Both the position numbers and the translations under genes were made by a program. A stretch of 61,665 bases of DNA, counting the filler, from Platydemus manokwari (Eukaryota): NCBI GenBank assembly GCA_037951405.1. It is 5 parts of 5 records of this genome, joined end to end, with 100 filler letters (N's around TTAATTAATTAA, not from the genome) between each part and the next. Parts side by side here need not be neighbours in the genome. Positions count along the whole stretch, not along the records: positions 39,591 to 50,246 come from JBBMOY011116441.1; positions 50,347 to 61,665 come from JBBMOY010766648.1; 3 more parts are not named here. One strand, given 5' to 3'. Every line of letters begins with the position of its first letter. Position 1 is the first letter of the stretch. Positions 39,591 through 61,665 of this stretch are shown piece by piece. The notes under the pieces are model-generated. The model ran no database searches. It saw only the letters and a program-made list of their open reading frames with translations, and was not told where the DNA came from.

Positions 39591-39880
39591 TTCCATTGTG
39601 AAACATCATCAATCACTGTGCCATTCAATAATGAACTCGGAATCGATCCATGAGTCCAAATATAATTCGTAGCAAAATCGTTGAAATTCTCCCCAGTCGG
39701 ATTGACAGGTGTGAAACAGATGAGTGGGGAATTAACAAAGAATTTGTAAGATGTAGCCGCACTGCCAACCAGAAGGAAGATCATCATGAAAACAGTAAAT
39801 TTATCAGATAAATCGTATGCTCCGAAATATTCAGTAGTTTTGTACTCGTCATGGAGTTCTAGAAGATATTCCAGCAACAT
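39591..39880 (-). CDS. inx: Innexin, N-terminal part (TM1 and first extracellular loop), cut by a gap
   Basis: YFGAYDLSDKFT (innexin G.EDF.DK/R), hydrophobic TM1, KFFVNSPLICFTP (KQY...PI.C..P), NYIWTHGSIP (NYCW.HGT). Confidence 0.9.
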
Positions 39881-40954
39881 GTTGAAATAATGAATGAATA
39901 TTATTGAATGTGACGTTATATCCTACGTGATTACATCATATATTGTATAACTTTAATTAATATTAAGGAAATATTATTATTCCCGAGTCCGATGATCAAT
40001 ATCATATTATCATATTCACATAGAGATATGATCAATATTGTTTCAAATCGTGCCCATTATATAATAGCTTCGAATTACCAATTAATAAAATATCGATAAA
40101 TTGTTGTTAACAATCACTTACTATTCGAAATCATAGGCGTTTAACAACTGTGAGCTCAAAATTAGCTCATGACCTATAACTATTTTGCTTCACATGAATT
40201 ATTGATTTCGATGAAATTAACAAGAACAATATATAACAAGCACATTATATTGATAATTTCCAGTAAGAAGTATTATTTAAGAGAAAAAGAAATCAAAAAA
40301 AATAATTAAAATCCCACCAATGAAAATTAATCACAGACTCAATTTTTCTGGTAGTAACTTCAAGCTTACTTACTGATCAGATGAATCTATCTATATTCAT
40401 TATGAATGATTTATGTTTTGCTTTATAATAATATTTTGTGGAATTCGTTGAATAAAATGATCTACTTTAGATTTATCGATCCAAATCAATTGTTGAAAAG
40501 AAATTATAAAAGTAAGCCAAACTTTATAAATAGAGATCAAAACCCAAGAACATTCAACGTAATCGTTAACCGTTAATTAGACAAATTATTTATCTGTCAA
40601 GACAATCCAATTAAAAACCTTTTGTAGAATCGAAAGCTTTAGCATACAGAAGAGAATAACTAGTTTATTCTCTAGCGCACCTTACTAGAATACTATATTA
40701 TCAAGATTCTGGTTATTTGGATATACAGAAGAAAGGCTACAAATCAGCAATTACTGTGGTTAAAATGAACATTTTCGGATTTAGGTTCCACTTAGAAGCA
40801 CTCCCTAATGTGTGGTCTCTAGAGACACGCTTTCAGAAAAGGTACTGATAAAATTTGATGATGCCTGTAATTATTTAATACATGAAAGGTTTCCACTAAT
40901 ATCAAACTCGTCAATGTACCAAAGCTTATGTTGCTTGCATTAATTCGAGTTATA

Positions 40955-41850
40955 TATGTGGGCCGATAAAAAAAATTCGTTTTGCTCACTAAGAAAATAT
41001 CTGAAGATTAAAGTTTTTATGTTCTAGATAGATCTTTTTTAGATAAATTTTCTAAGGTAGATCATTAACAAGACTGGAAAGTTCAAGATTTTTATTTTAT
41101 ATTACTTATCCTGAAAGATGAAGGAAAAGCTGTGCGACATAAATTTCTTTGTTGCAACTTTAACACGAAACAACTTTTCGGATACCGAAATCCATCGCTT
41201 TCTTGTTGAAAGTTGGGAAGTAAAGAACGCGGTCAGCCTTTGGAGAGTATATCAGATTACCAGAGTTTTTCAGAGAACAGCAAACACCTTTTGAGTGAAA
41301 AGAAGATTCAAGTAGACCAAGAACGAGCGCTGCAGAAGAGAATGCCATTATTGTGCGTAAAATTATTGTAGAAGATCGCCACTTAAGTTGTCCAACTATT
41401 TCAAGAGTCACTGACATTAATGAAACGAATGTTCGTCGCATATTGAAACAAGAACTTGGAAAGAAGTCACTTTGCAGCAGATGGGTTCTTCAAATTCTGA
41501 CGATAATAAGAAGAAAATCTGATTCTCTTGTTGTCAAGAAATGTCGAATGTTTATTCGTTAAGAAGTGCTAAGGAAAAGATCGTTGTGATTGATGAAAAA
41601 TGGATTTACCTTTGACACGTACCTCCAAAAGAATGCAACTGTGTTTGGGTGGAGGACAATATCTGATCGCAAAGCTCTGATTATTGTTGCCAGCAACTAT
41701 GCAAATCACTCACGTGTTTCGAAATTTTTCAAGACAGTGGATCTATCAACACTGAGAGATACCTACAATTCTGACAGAATATGATTTTATACTTTCAAAC
41801 AAGACTACCTGCTTTGGAAATGGTCATTCAGCATTAAATGCCAGGTAAAT
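40955..41850 (+). mobile_element. Mariner (Tc1/mariner) transposase remnant
   Basis: EDSSRPRT, VRKIIVEDR, VRRILKQELG...SRWVLQILT (WVPHEL-like), IVVIDEKWIY and a degenerate HDNA-like motif. A left TIR-like TATGTGGGCCGATAAAAAAA is present. Confidence 0.85.
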
Positions 41851-44800
41851 ATTTGAGCGAATTCAGTAGGATCGCAATAAAAAAAACCAGAGAAAACAAT
41901 AGAATAATAATTTCGAGGAATTGTGATAATTTTGGTGAATCATAAAACGTTGAACACACAAAAAGATAATGATGTTAAAAAGATCTCATTTTGATTATAA
42001 GAAAAATGAAAAAAAAATTATTGTCTAATCTAAACTAATTTTTAATTAACACTCTGGTTGTTGTTCAGCTGCTGAGTTTGATAATAGCATCCAGCAACAC
42101 AAATCTAACAATAGTAATTAAAGATATTTAACCGTCTAAGATTTCCATAATATCGTTCATTCAAAAGAGTTCTTTGCTTAAATGATATGAAAGAAATTCA
42201 ACATTAAAGTGAAAAAGAAGGATTGGGTTGATTTTTCACATGAGGATGAGAAAAAATTGTATAAACCTCCTGTTTCTATCTTGTCAATGGAACTGAATCA
42301 ATAGAATCTTTAAAGTCAAGAAAGATTTCCAATCGAAGAGTTAGCCTTAGAAAGAATAAAGAATCGTTTGCATATGTATCAGAAGACAGTCGATAGACAG
42401 TGAAGGTAGTAATGTTATGAAATTCAATTGCTTCAATGAAAATAAGATGAAACGTGTTGCAAATTATCATTTAAGAAGTTTTCAGTAAAATTAGTTAGTG
42501 GTTTTTTCAGATAAAATCGAATCTTGTCTTTGAAAGATAAAAATTCCGATTGTATTGAGTAAAAAATTTTATTATGAATATTATCTTGATCAGAGAAATT
42601 TCACCAGGATTTATTGAAGGCATCGATATGATGATGAAATACGAAATACTTTTAGCACACATGTTTTGTCTTTCAATAACTATGGTTGTAAGGGAGATTG
42701 GTAAATGTGATTAGTAAATGCGCAGATATCTATTACTATTAACCAATTAACATCCCATGGTGTGATAACATCATCATAAATAAGATGATATAAATGTTTC
42801 CTTATTAGAAGTCTCATTGTTAACAATGTTGATAAAGCTTAACTGAAATCACCCTGCATTTAAAAACAATGAAATTTTGAATTTATATATTTTTTTTAAT
42901 ATCCTAATTGTCGTATTTTTATTTTAGCTTAGATATTAAGATCACCAAGAATATGATGGCATGTATGAATACTTTGAAATTGTCTCTTTGTTTTTATGAA
43001 GTAAGATTTTTGCATATTCTTTTACCTTTTTCCACTCCATCTGTTACCATTAACTTTCATTTTGACTTAAGAATATACCGTTAATTTTGTTTTCAGATCC
43101 AAGCTCTCTTATTATTTTAATCAAATCAATTCTCATTCTCATAGAATCACTCATTTGATTTTGTTCGACTACATCAGTATCACGTCAATAAACACAGGGC
43201 TGCCAATGAAACACTGATAGCAATAAACATAATCCTATATACTGCCTTATCAATCAAATCCTTCGAATTATTTAAATCCATTATTGAGAAATATAGTAGA
43301 ATATATTTCCGATGAAAAGATTTTCATAGAAAAATGTTCTACTCGTTGAAATATATTCCAGAGAAGCTTAGATAGTGTCCGTATTGATCAGAATGATTTT
43401 AAATTTCACTAAAAATTTTAATTTTAATAACTGTAGTTATAAACAAGTTTTTAATTAATTAAATTCTCGAAAAATAATATTCAATATTTTGTCATTCAAA
43501 TAACTAACCTCTACATGATTGCTGAAAATTAGCATTATCAGTATATATTCTTATTTTTGGAATTATTTTGTAATACTTATCGATGTTTTAATTTTGTGTT
43601 TGGGTATTGACTGTGAAATTCTTTACCGAGTATTTTATTATTTTTATGCTTTTATTCTGATATAGGAGACTCGTGTGAAAAAAGTAAATGATAATTATAT
43701 AATAATAACAAACTGGCAGTAGATATTGGGGAACTCAACGCATTTCAAGTTAATTATAAAAAGTCGACAATGAACCTTATTCGGTTATTAGATTAAATCA
43801 GATAGAATTATTAAACAGATCATCCACATTTGCAAGCTACAATAATCGGTACAAAACCCACATATCAATTGATTCTGTCGAAATTTTCTGCGAGTTTGAT
43901 AGGGCTAAGATGTATACCAGAAATTTTCATAAGAAGAGAATAAAATTTTATTGCAGAATCTTTTCTTATATGTCTTTGAACCCAAATTCATCTATAAATG
44001 AGCATTCGTACTTATTATTTTATCGAACACTAGGATGACATAATCTATTTTTCAAAATATCGCACCACCAATATCGAATTTCGATTGCAAATCCTGAATG
44101 AATTGGCTGCCTACTTATACCTTATCTTATGCTACCAAATTATCGGTATCAATCACAATATTTTCAGTTTAATTTCTTTTAAAAATAAAATCCAAAATTT
44201 CTATATAGATGTATTACCCAATTACATCATGAATTTTACTTCAAAACTAAAAATATTGATCAGATATCAAATGTTAATTATTTATTTAAAAACTAACCTG
44301 GTGTTTGACTTTGGAAATTTTCGATAGTAGATTAACCCTTAAATTATTAATTAGAGTGTAATTATTGTCCTATTTAAATTTCTTTCTACTTATTAATGTC
44401 GGATAGAATCTCAGTCACGTTTGTTAAAATGTTTAAATAGTTTGTGAGCATCTGTGGTAATTGAATTTTGGTTTCATATCACCTTATTCCTCGCAAGCAC
44501 TATATGTGCCACTTCTTTCAGATTCTATTCCATTTGACTAAATAATTTTCTTAAAAAATTGATAATAATGTAAGATTTTGATCTTTATTCAAATCTTGAC
44601 ACAAATATTTTATTTTTTCTTGTCCTGGTCGATAAATCTTGAAAAACGCTGATAATTTAATTGATTGTTTGAATTTGTCTCTCTAAATCAGAAATGCTCA
44701 CTAAATATGATTACCAAACACTCAAATATGCTAAATTCAATCTAGACAAGAAATTATTTGATATAATGATATGAAGGAAGTAAAGATAGTAAAAACAATG

Positions 44801-47800
44801 TTAACAAATGGTTCTATAAAGGTTATCAACTCAATATTATGTAACCGCTTTAAAGGAACTGTGAATTAGCTTGAAACTAGTATCTGACGTATTAAAATAC
44901 CTGAAGAATAATATACCTTTTAGTCTTAAAAGTTAATTTATTGGCGATAAGACATCGATAATATAAACGTGTTTAGTGAATAAATGATTGTCAGTGATAT
45001 AAGTGTAAATACCCTAAATACTTATATTTTCATATTAAATCGATATTCTCTCTAAATTGATCTTTTTTTCGTGTTCTCAATATTAAGGACAAAATGAAAA
45101 AAACGAAACAAAAATAATGTACAATACTTAGTACACAACTAAATATGTGGATTCAAACAGTGGAATCAAACAGTCGAGGATTGTCGATTTTTAAACAATT
45201 ATAATTCATCTAAGATTTTTAACTAATCTATCAGCTAATAAAATCATTGTTATATGGTATGTAAAATTCAAGAATACTCAATTCTAGATTGTGTGCAAAA
45301 TTGAGATAGAGACACTCATTTAAAAATTATCTTATATTCTCGTTCTTACGAGTCCACCATTAAGTTATTTCAAATACATTTTTTTGTACGACATTTTTTA
45401 TTTCAAATTTTTTATTTTTAAATTACTTTAAAATAATGGAAAAGTGATTTCTGGTCAATTTTAAATTGGATTAAAGGAAAGAGTTACAGATAGTATCTGA
45501 TTATTGAAGACTGATTTACTTTTCACATATTTTAGCCTTTATAGATCGCTTATTTTATTACTACATATCTTAATCGGTTTTTTTCAAAAATCGGCATGTT
45601 TATTCGGCCCTGAATCAAACAAAATAAAAGCGGTTAATATCAAATTTCTAAAAGATTATTTTAATTAATGTCTGGTAGAATCTGCTTCAACAGAAAATGA
45701 AGAAAGGGTATCCCCTTTGTATCCAGATATATAGTGCAAGCAACATAAGTGATGAAATGTGAATGACAACTTTATATGAAATGCTTTGACACTATTTATG
45801 TAATTAAATAAAGCTAAAATTGTAGAAAAATATATTAAATATGAAAATACATTGAATATCAACTTTAAATAATTGAACCTATTTTTCTTATAAATCATCG
45901 AAACATTTCAAGATATGATGTTTCCTATAATCTTATTTTTGTTATTCTTATGCTATACTATTGTATGTTTTATGCAATTTCCCAAAGTTGACTATTATGT
46001 TAATGATTCGTTACTAAATCTTAAACAATCACGTTAATATTAAATTGATTGTATCGCATTATTTTTTTCCTCCCATTTGTTATTTTTATTATATTTGTAT
46101 TTATATATTGATTTCCTTTATATCACCATTAACCGGGTAATCAAACGAAATTTAACTCTGATTAAGACATTAATGAAAGTTAACTCATTAAATAATATTT
46201 TGATTTGTTGATTAAGCAGCATCTCACTATGTGATCTCAACTGTAGAATTGTTGAAATTTTATTGTAGCAAGTATTGATCGGAGTTATTCATACGCATAT
46301 CCTAAATCTTATCTTTAATATTTTAGTAATTTGCATTATTTAACGTTTCTTTTACAATTACGGTTATCAAGTTTATTTTCAAAATTTCTGGTCCCAATCT
46401 CAAAATTTAAACTTTGTCAATTGGATTTTTCATTTTGTTGATTTTTGGTTATTTACTATTTTAAAGCATTAAAATATTAGACTAAAAAAGACTAAATATA
46501 GACTTTTGATGTTCTTGGATTCAGGTTTATTTATTCCTTTGTGTAGTTCCCGCTAGCTATGGGCTTCCTGGTCGAAAACACTTTGTGAATGTAACTGTAC
46601 TATCTTCTTTATAGCTAGTAAAAATAAATAATTGTAAAAACTGTATATAAACCAATGTTGGATACATTATATGATCTTTTGGAATTGGGCATATCCAATA
46701 ATAATAGATGACTAACACAATCACATCATACCATCATAAATCACAATGAATTATCACTCAGGCTTATAAAATATTGATTAGAAATTTGCCATAATCTGTG
46801 TTGAATGCATGAAGATTAAATATATTATACGACTAAATAAAATATGCACATAAAAAATAGAAGTCTCTTGAGTCGATAAGAGAGTTTATTATATTAAATT
46901 GTCAATGCAGAATGCAAATTAAGGTCTAATAATTCTATAAAATCAGAAGTTTTTCTTAAGTGAGGTGGTAAATTAATAATTATTCTCCAATGTTGTTCCT
47001 TTTTACTTCAAAATGCTGCTGTATTTATATTTCTAAATCCAGTGACAAATCCATATTCTTTTGAATACACGATGAACTATTTGACAACGCTATTAAAAAT
47101 TGGATCATTTTCGATAATTTTGTTGGGTTAGCATTCGCTCTTCGCTCTTGCATATAATTTTGCTTATGTCTTAATAAGAAATATTTTCGTGTACTCGTAT
47201 ACTGGTTTTGTTGTGCAGTGAATTGTTATTTTGGTTTTTTTCTTTGCTAGGATTTCACGTGTAGGTGGAATATGAGTTATTTATTTATTATGTCATAATT
47301 ACTTATCTATTGCGATGCATTGAGTACTATTATTCTTTCAACAAACTATTAAGAAGTTTACTATAGATGATATTCTTTTTCAGCATTAAGGTTGTGATTA
47401 CTATAAATGCGTTATAAGGAAAAAGGAGATATTTATTGTCTATGTATCTGAAAAACAATATGTGAAGTCAATTTTAAACCTCAATACGTAAATCATAGAA
47501 CGCAAGTAATATAATGTAATAAAAATTAAAAAGGAAAACAAATGAATTAAAATTTCAAAATTTAATATTCAGAAATCAGGACAATTAATCTTTGTTGACG
47601 TGGCAAAGCATAAACAAAGTACGTAACAAAGAACAATAACAATAAATACAAATTTGAAGCACATCATTATCAAAATAGTTATGCTTTGGTTATTGAATTT
47701 AAAAAGAAGTTCGTAGAAGTTTTTGAGCTTTTTTATGTAGTTTTAGTACTAAACACAGGAATAATTCACAGGTTGATTTTTATGAATTTAATTTGATCAC

Positions 47801-48995
47801 TGCAGTCGGCACGGTTTTTATACTCTTGAATATATAAGTAAATTAAGTTAGATTAGGTCAAAGATTTTGGGCTTCTTAAATTAAGTCGTTTTGCTTGTAA
47901 AAACTAAATGAATTGAAAGTGAGAACGTAGAAATATGGTTAATAAAACATTTACTTTGATTACTTATTACCTATTTGTGAAACCTTTATATGTATTGCGT
48001 TTGGGGTTTGCTAATTTTATTTCTATTAACCTTAACCTTATCAGTCTCGAAATTTATTCTATTGTTGTTGATCACTATTATCTTAATCAGTCACACGTGG
48101 TTCTGATCAAGCCCCGGGTATGAACTATAGAACCTATTTATTTCTTTCTTCGCCTCGCGCTCAATATTGTATGATGACAATATCGAACGGCAACATTGAT
48201 CAATAATTATTACGAAAACTATATTTATTTTAACACTATATGAACTTTTACAAAAGCTATCAGTCTCAATTTCAATTAATACTATTAATGCTATCAGTCT
48301 CAACTCAAAGCAAATCAATAACAACGTTTTGTTTGTTATAAAATATTTATTAACACCGAAATTACAATAACACCGACTATAAATTACTACAGTATTCAAC
48401 GGTTAAATAAAATATAAAATTACACAAAAAACCTTATCAAGATTCAGGGTAAGTTACATGATTAATAAACTGCACACTCTTGCAGCAAAACCACCTTTCA
48501 AGGATGTGAGACAAAGCTCTATAATTGGAAATACACACGAGTTTTATAATGCTGATTAGTTGGTTAAATAACTAATCGAATTTACGTTAACGGGCATATA
48601 ATTGAATGAAGGCTTGGTACAAATTCTTCTTGACAAATATGGATCGGATCGAATACGAGCAAGATGGTTTTTGAAAATATGACTTCATGTAACAGGTAAT
48701 TCGTTCGCTCTTGTGCAACAGACGGTTCTGTATTGTAATAGGCAGTTTGGAAATTGTGACGTTTTAACCCCTATTTATACGATTCGGGAGACGAATTTAA
48801 TCGTCACGGATTGTTAAAGAAATTGGATACATTTAAATTTGTTCCCAAAGATTTATCATTTAATTTTAAAGATATAATATTGCCAATCATTTGATGATAT
48901 AAATAATGTGATATATTTGAATTTATTGTCCAGGATCCCTTGAAAGTATTTATTATTTTTAACCGTACAGGAAATTATTATTCTTGTTGTTATCA

Positions 48996-49029
<34 letters not shown>

Positions 49030-51715
49030 TCAGTAAATTACCCAAGAGCTTGATTCGACATAAAAATTTTAATCCGAATCCCCAACATATGTACAAGCAA
49101 CTTTCGATCTATTACAGAGATGTAGAGAAGAGACTAATCAAAAATATTAATCTTATGCTTATTGGACATATAAAACTGTAGGCTATATACTATACAGATT
49201 TGGTATCGATATAGGAAATTTAACAATTTTAATAAGCTACTTTTGATTTAAACTCTTAATTTTTGTAATTTTACATAATATTTATAAAAATCATCAATTA
49301 TCTGCAATTGTTTCATGCACAATTTTCAAACGGCAATTAATTTCATTAGCAATGTTTCTGAAAAACCATGGGAATAGTATTCCTGATTTATTAAGATCAC
49401 TATCATTGTTTATACATTCGCATTGAGAAGCAGTGACTTATCACCAATTAAAATTCATTAGAGTCAATCGAAATGATTAATTATTAAAATAATTAATTAA
49501 ATTATTTTTACTTTTTTATTTGTACAATAATCAGTGAAGTAAGACAGATCAAAATGAGTGAGACCTTCAATATAACGTATGCAATATAACTTATCGATGC
49601 TAAGTTTATCTTAATGTTCAAATTGAATATACACTCTGACACAAAGTACTACATTTTTACCTAATCTAAAAATATCACTAATTGTAAATTAGATAATTAT
49701 AGGTATATTATATAACTATTTATTTATTTATTTAAATTCTCTTGTTGGGTTCCTATATACTCTGTGATTGGCTAAATTTCTTTGAAACACAATTATGATT
49801 TTTAGTATTCCTAGCTGTAATAAAAATATAAATGATCTTATGTATTTTGTAAGTTTACCCACAATACTTTTTGGTGAGTTCTTTTATATATAGTTGTCAA
49901 GATTGGATCTACTAAATATACTTCCTATAAGCAGTGCCAGGGTAAATGTAATTAGTAGAAGTCATTAAAATCTGTAATGAATGAATAAAACCACCCTTTA
50001 ATATTATTTAAAAACAGTGATTAAATTACAAACTCGTTTCTTCAGAGAAATTATGTTAATTCAATCATAAATACATTTTTAGATCATATAGTTTAACTCA
50101 TACAGCATAGAATTGCAAAAAATTGAGGGACCTTTTTAATAATTATAGATTTTTATGCATTAAAATACTAAATATTGTCTAAATCATCTTCGTTTAGAGA
50201 GATAAATAGTATAATATTTTTGCTACATGAGTCACCTTAAAAATTTNNNNNNNNNNNNNNNNNNNNNNNNNNNNNNNNNNNNNNNNNNNNTTAATTAATT
50301 AANNNNNNNNNNNNNNNNNNNNNNNNNNNNNNNNNNNNNNNNNNNNGAAAATCAAATCTCTCTAGAAAAACAAATTATATTTTGTTTAAAAAATTGTATT
50401 AAGTGTTGGAAGTAAATAAAATTTAAGAAAATCGATATAATGAATTCTTTTGTTGAAACATCAATTACAAGTGAAGTAGCCGCTACTAACACTGATATCG
50501 AAATGGTGATCGAAATGTAAGTTAAGAACAATGCCAAAACTAAGAATATTTGTTTGATAGTTTCATTTACACATTTAGCAAGCATATCTTAGATATCAAT
50601 GCAACTTCTATTAATCTACCTTCATTCAATAACATCTTTATCACGAATTCTTCAGATTTTCTGTGATCATATGCTGCCTTTGGCGTGATTTGGTTTGTCT
50701 TATTTTGTCTAATTTTAGTAACTATTAATATGTCAGTTACTAAATTTAGCAACATAGTGATTTTGTAGGTTATTTATATTTTAACAATATACTTTAGTGG
50801 TTTATTTTTAGTAATTATCTAATCTCTAAAAATAGATTCATTATCCCGATAACATTTAGCTTAATGAAACAAACATTAATCTTTTGTTTATTTTAAATTT
50901 TATATAAGTTTTTATAATTACATATTTTACGTTAAAAATTTTAAATATTTGTTTATTTTTCTGTGATTAATTTGGAATTTTTAAGATTAAATTTTTATTT
51001 TTAATAATTTTTATTGTATATAATTATGGTTCCATTATTAATCAATATCCTTACTAGGCATCTATGCATTATATTGGATGCTAATATAAATACACTATAT
51101 TGTGCCACTATTTAATTGATATCAAGTGTGGGATTTCGTGAATTTTTGCGTGGAAACATGTCTAGAACTGCACTCCACAGATGTCTGGGTTCTAGTAAAT
51201 TAGTTTCTAATTAAGTAATCAATATATTTTCAATAAAACACGGTTAATATTAATACTCGATCGATAAAACTTAGTTTCTGTGAAAAGACGAGACATTGAA
51301 ACACTTATTGTCATCTTATTAGCGTGCCTGTCATCAATGAAATATTTACTGATTTGAAATTAGTAATGCAATGTTCGTTTTCATATATTATCGACATATT
51401 TTTTGAAAGATGAAATATGTTTTCCTAAAAAGTATGAATGAAACTTTTTGACAAAAATTATATTTATTTTAAACAATACAGAACAAATTTTAATTAATAA
51501 TTATAATCTATTTAAGGAGTTTCCTAATGCTTGCGCACTTTGTCTATAACGATAATACAAAATCATAAATCGGTCGATTATATACACACATATATAGTGA
51601 AAGCTTTGATAATATTTTTCTACCGTGTATACTAGCATGTATATAAATATACACTTTTTATATAATTAGTACAGCAATAATAATTAATTATATTATTATT
51701 TAATAAAATTGATAA

Positions 51716-52230
51716 TGTTGGGTTTATCAAAAATCAATCAAAATGGTCACAAAAACCAAGGAAAACCCACAAAAAGGTCAATACACACAAATCCGATAGA
51801 CACACGTACCGTTGACCAATCAGATTCATTATAATGTTAATCCATATTTAGAAGCTAAGAATCGACAAGCACATGACTACAAAGAGCATCAAGCTCAAAT
51901 ATCTCGAGTAAAGAGATCCACAAACAAATTAAGCGAATGGAAAACGAAGATCCGTGACATTAAGCAGACATACCCGATGGATCTATAAAAGAGGTTGAGT
52001 TCCATGGATTCTTGGTCGGTAACTTCAGTGATTATCTTATGTGTGATTTCAGTAATCAATATTTTTGATTACTCTTCATTTTGTTTTTGACTTTCCGGTG
52101 CTGATCCCATTTTGTACGATTTTCTTTGTGAACTGCGTAAAGATTTGTTATTGTTATTATTGAGCCGTTCAATGCATTATTTTGGTTAATACATATTTGC
52201 AGATTCTAATTGTTGCTTGATAACGCAACA
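51716..52230 (+). mobile_element. Solo LTR-like dispersed repeat
   Basis: Starts TGTTGGGT and contains CCAAT (GACCAATCAG) and TATAAAA. Homologous to 28567-29056. The 3' end is approximate and no TSD was found. Confidence 0.6.
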
Positions 52231-53099
52231 ACTAAAGATTTCATTCATTAGGACCAAGACTCCGTTTTCAATCACTTTTCTTCACTCTGCAACAATCGTG
52301 ATTTCTAGCCTGATAAGGGCAATGTTTTTCAGAATTTTTCAATCACTTGGGATTTTTATATAAAAATCTCGGATTTTTGATTGATTGAATTATTGTTGGT
52401 TAATTTGTTTTTAGCAAATTCATAATTTCTTGGTTCTATCTTATCAAGCAACTTAAGAATCTTATTTTAATAACTGCCCTAAATTGAATTCTTAGAATAT
52501 ATACTCAATTTGGATTCCATACAATCAAAGATTTAAGATAGCACTTGAAATCCACTTAATCAACTGCCTTGTCGAACTAAAATTTTAAATATAATTATAA
52601 AAATATTATAAATCATGTTTATCGAATTTTATTTATTTTTTATATAGTGCTATCCATTATTAATATTTAGCATTTACATTGTTGTCACTATAAATTATAA
52701 TTTATTGAATATTTATTGTAGATCATTTATAATAATTTATTGTTAACCATATTTACACATAAACCTTTAAATTTGGATTTTACTTACTAATATTTAAGGG
52801 TTAACACTTATCAATATCAAGTAATCAAAAATATGATTTTATATGCTCTTATATCCAATATTAACAACATTTATTTATTTAATTTTCATTATATAAGAAA
52901 ATATTCTTGTCACCCATTATTTTAACCGTTAGCCAAAAACATGACTAAAAGCATAATACTCTTTACAAATATAAAGTAGTAGATATTAAGATTAAGACGA
53001 AAGACAAATGCCTACCAAAATTCCATTATTTTAATTGATCTCAGGAACCCTGCTGTCTGAAAATAGATTAATATTGGCTTCCAGTCTGTTCCATAAATA

Positions 53100-53290
53100 T
53101 TTACGTCTCTTACGTACACACCTAATTCGTCAGCGTGATTTTTTGTGTTGTGTATCATGTGCTTGTGGTGTTTCGTGTACTCGCTTGGAATTGTTGTACA
53201 AATGTTTGCTTGTACGAAACACTATTTGAGCAACTTGCCTCTCATCATCACATTCTTTGGGGGGGGGTGTAGGTTTTGCCATCAGTACTT
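53100..53290 (-). mobile_element. Possible Helitron N-terminal fragment (related piece at about 47130-47280)
   Basis: RVHETPQAH-like peptide; both regions share CGAGTACACGAAA on the minus strand. Confidence 0.25.
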
Positions 53291-53783
53291 ATTTCATTCA
53301 TAACATGAATTATTTTTTTTAATATTTATTTTAAGAGTTCTTTCATTTTTCGCAAGTTATTTAAATTTGAATTTGAATAACTTAACTTAGTAATTTGTTC
53401 ATTTTCTTGGGATAATAGTGTTGAATAGATACGAAATTTTTCAAAACGAAAACGAGTTTGCGCCGTGGATTGTACACCGAGCTTGTACACACGAAGTCCT
53501 TACAATGACTATTATGACTTTAATTACATTTTTTCATTCACAGCGTACCCAGAAATAATTTTTAAACCAATTTCTAACGAATAACTCTACCAAAACTGAG
53601 TGCGACTTCTGTCAAGATCTCTCTATTTCATGTCTCTACATGAAACACTAAATAATGGAAGTCAGATATTTATATACGATTGGTATTGCCTAAAATATCA
53701 TTATTTTACAAATCTTATAATCTAGATTCCAAAATGAAACCAGAAATAATCTTCCAGGTAAAAGACAGAATTAACTCTCCAAT

Positions 53784-61305
<7,522 letters not shown>

Positions 61306-61665
61306 CTAAAATATAATGAAATATTTTAAACAAAATTTTAATTGGTTTTTTATTTGGATTGCTAGGAAAATTGCATATTAGATGACTTTTAATCGAAACG
61401 TTTTCTTATTATGATTAATAATTGTGAAGAAGGTAAATATTTACCATTATTTAAGCTATCAAAATAAAATTTCAAAATTTTTAAATTCAAGAAAGTTAAA
61501 TTTGGTTTAAAAGTAAAAAAAATTTTTTAACTAATTTAAAAATAATTTTGTTAAAGTAGATAAAATTTAAAGTTGTAGTTAAATATTTGGCTTAAGTTAA
61601 GAAAAAGGGTCCTTTGACCTACTTTCATTATAATGAATTTTCGCGCATGAGATAATTTTATAACT

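Overview
AT-rich eukaryotic scaffold with four N-gaps, each padded with the linker TTAATTAATTAA. The short GT-AG introns and the gene and repeat content suggest a flatworm, probably a planarian, but this is inference. Host genes reconstructed by hand: a multi-exon erlin (3' end not seen), a truncated hnRNP K-like KH gene, an intronless TEDC1-like ORF, a PPxY-rich single-pass membrane protein, the N-terminus of an innexin and a divergent PKA catalytic subunit. The rest is mostly degraded mobile elements: piggyBac, a Polinton/Maverick capsid remnant in a locally triplicated block, Ty3/gypsy, a NeSL/R5-like LINE, hAT, pogo/Tigger, mariner and solo LTR-like repeats. The most intriguing signal is a tandem cluster of degenerate type III hammerhead-ribozyme motifs followed by a short intron and an ATG at about 24.7-25.1 kb, resembling a Penelope-like or retrozyme-like terminus. 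Other points of note are an innexin lacking a conserved extracellular Cys, a second hammerhead-like motif just downstream of the truncated KH gene, and a PKA-C with an altered PKI-docking pocket. All calls are by eye and no searches were run.
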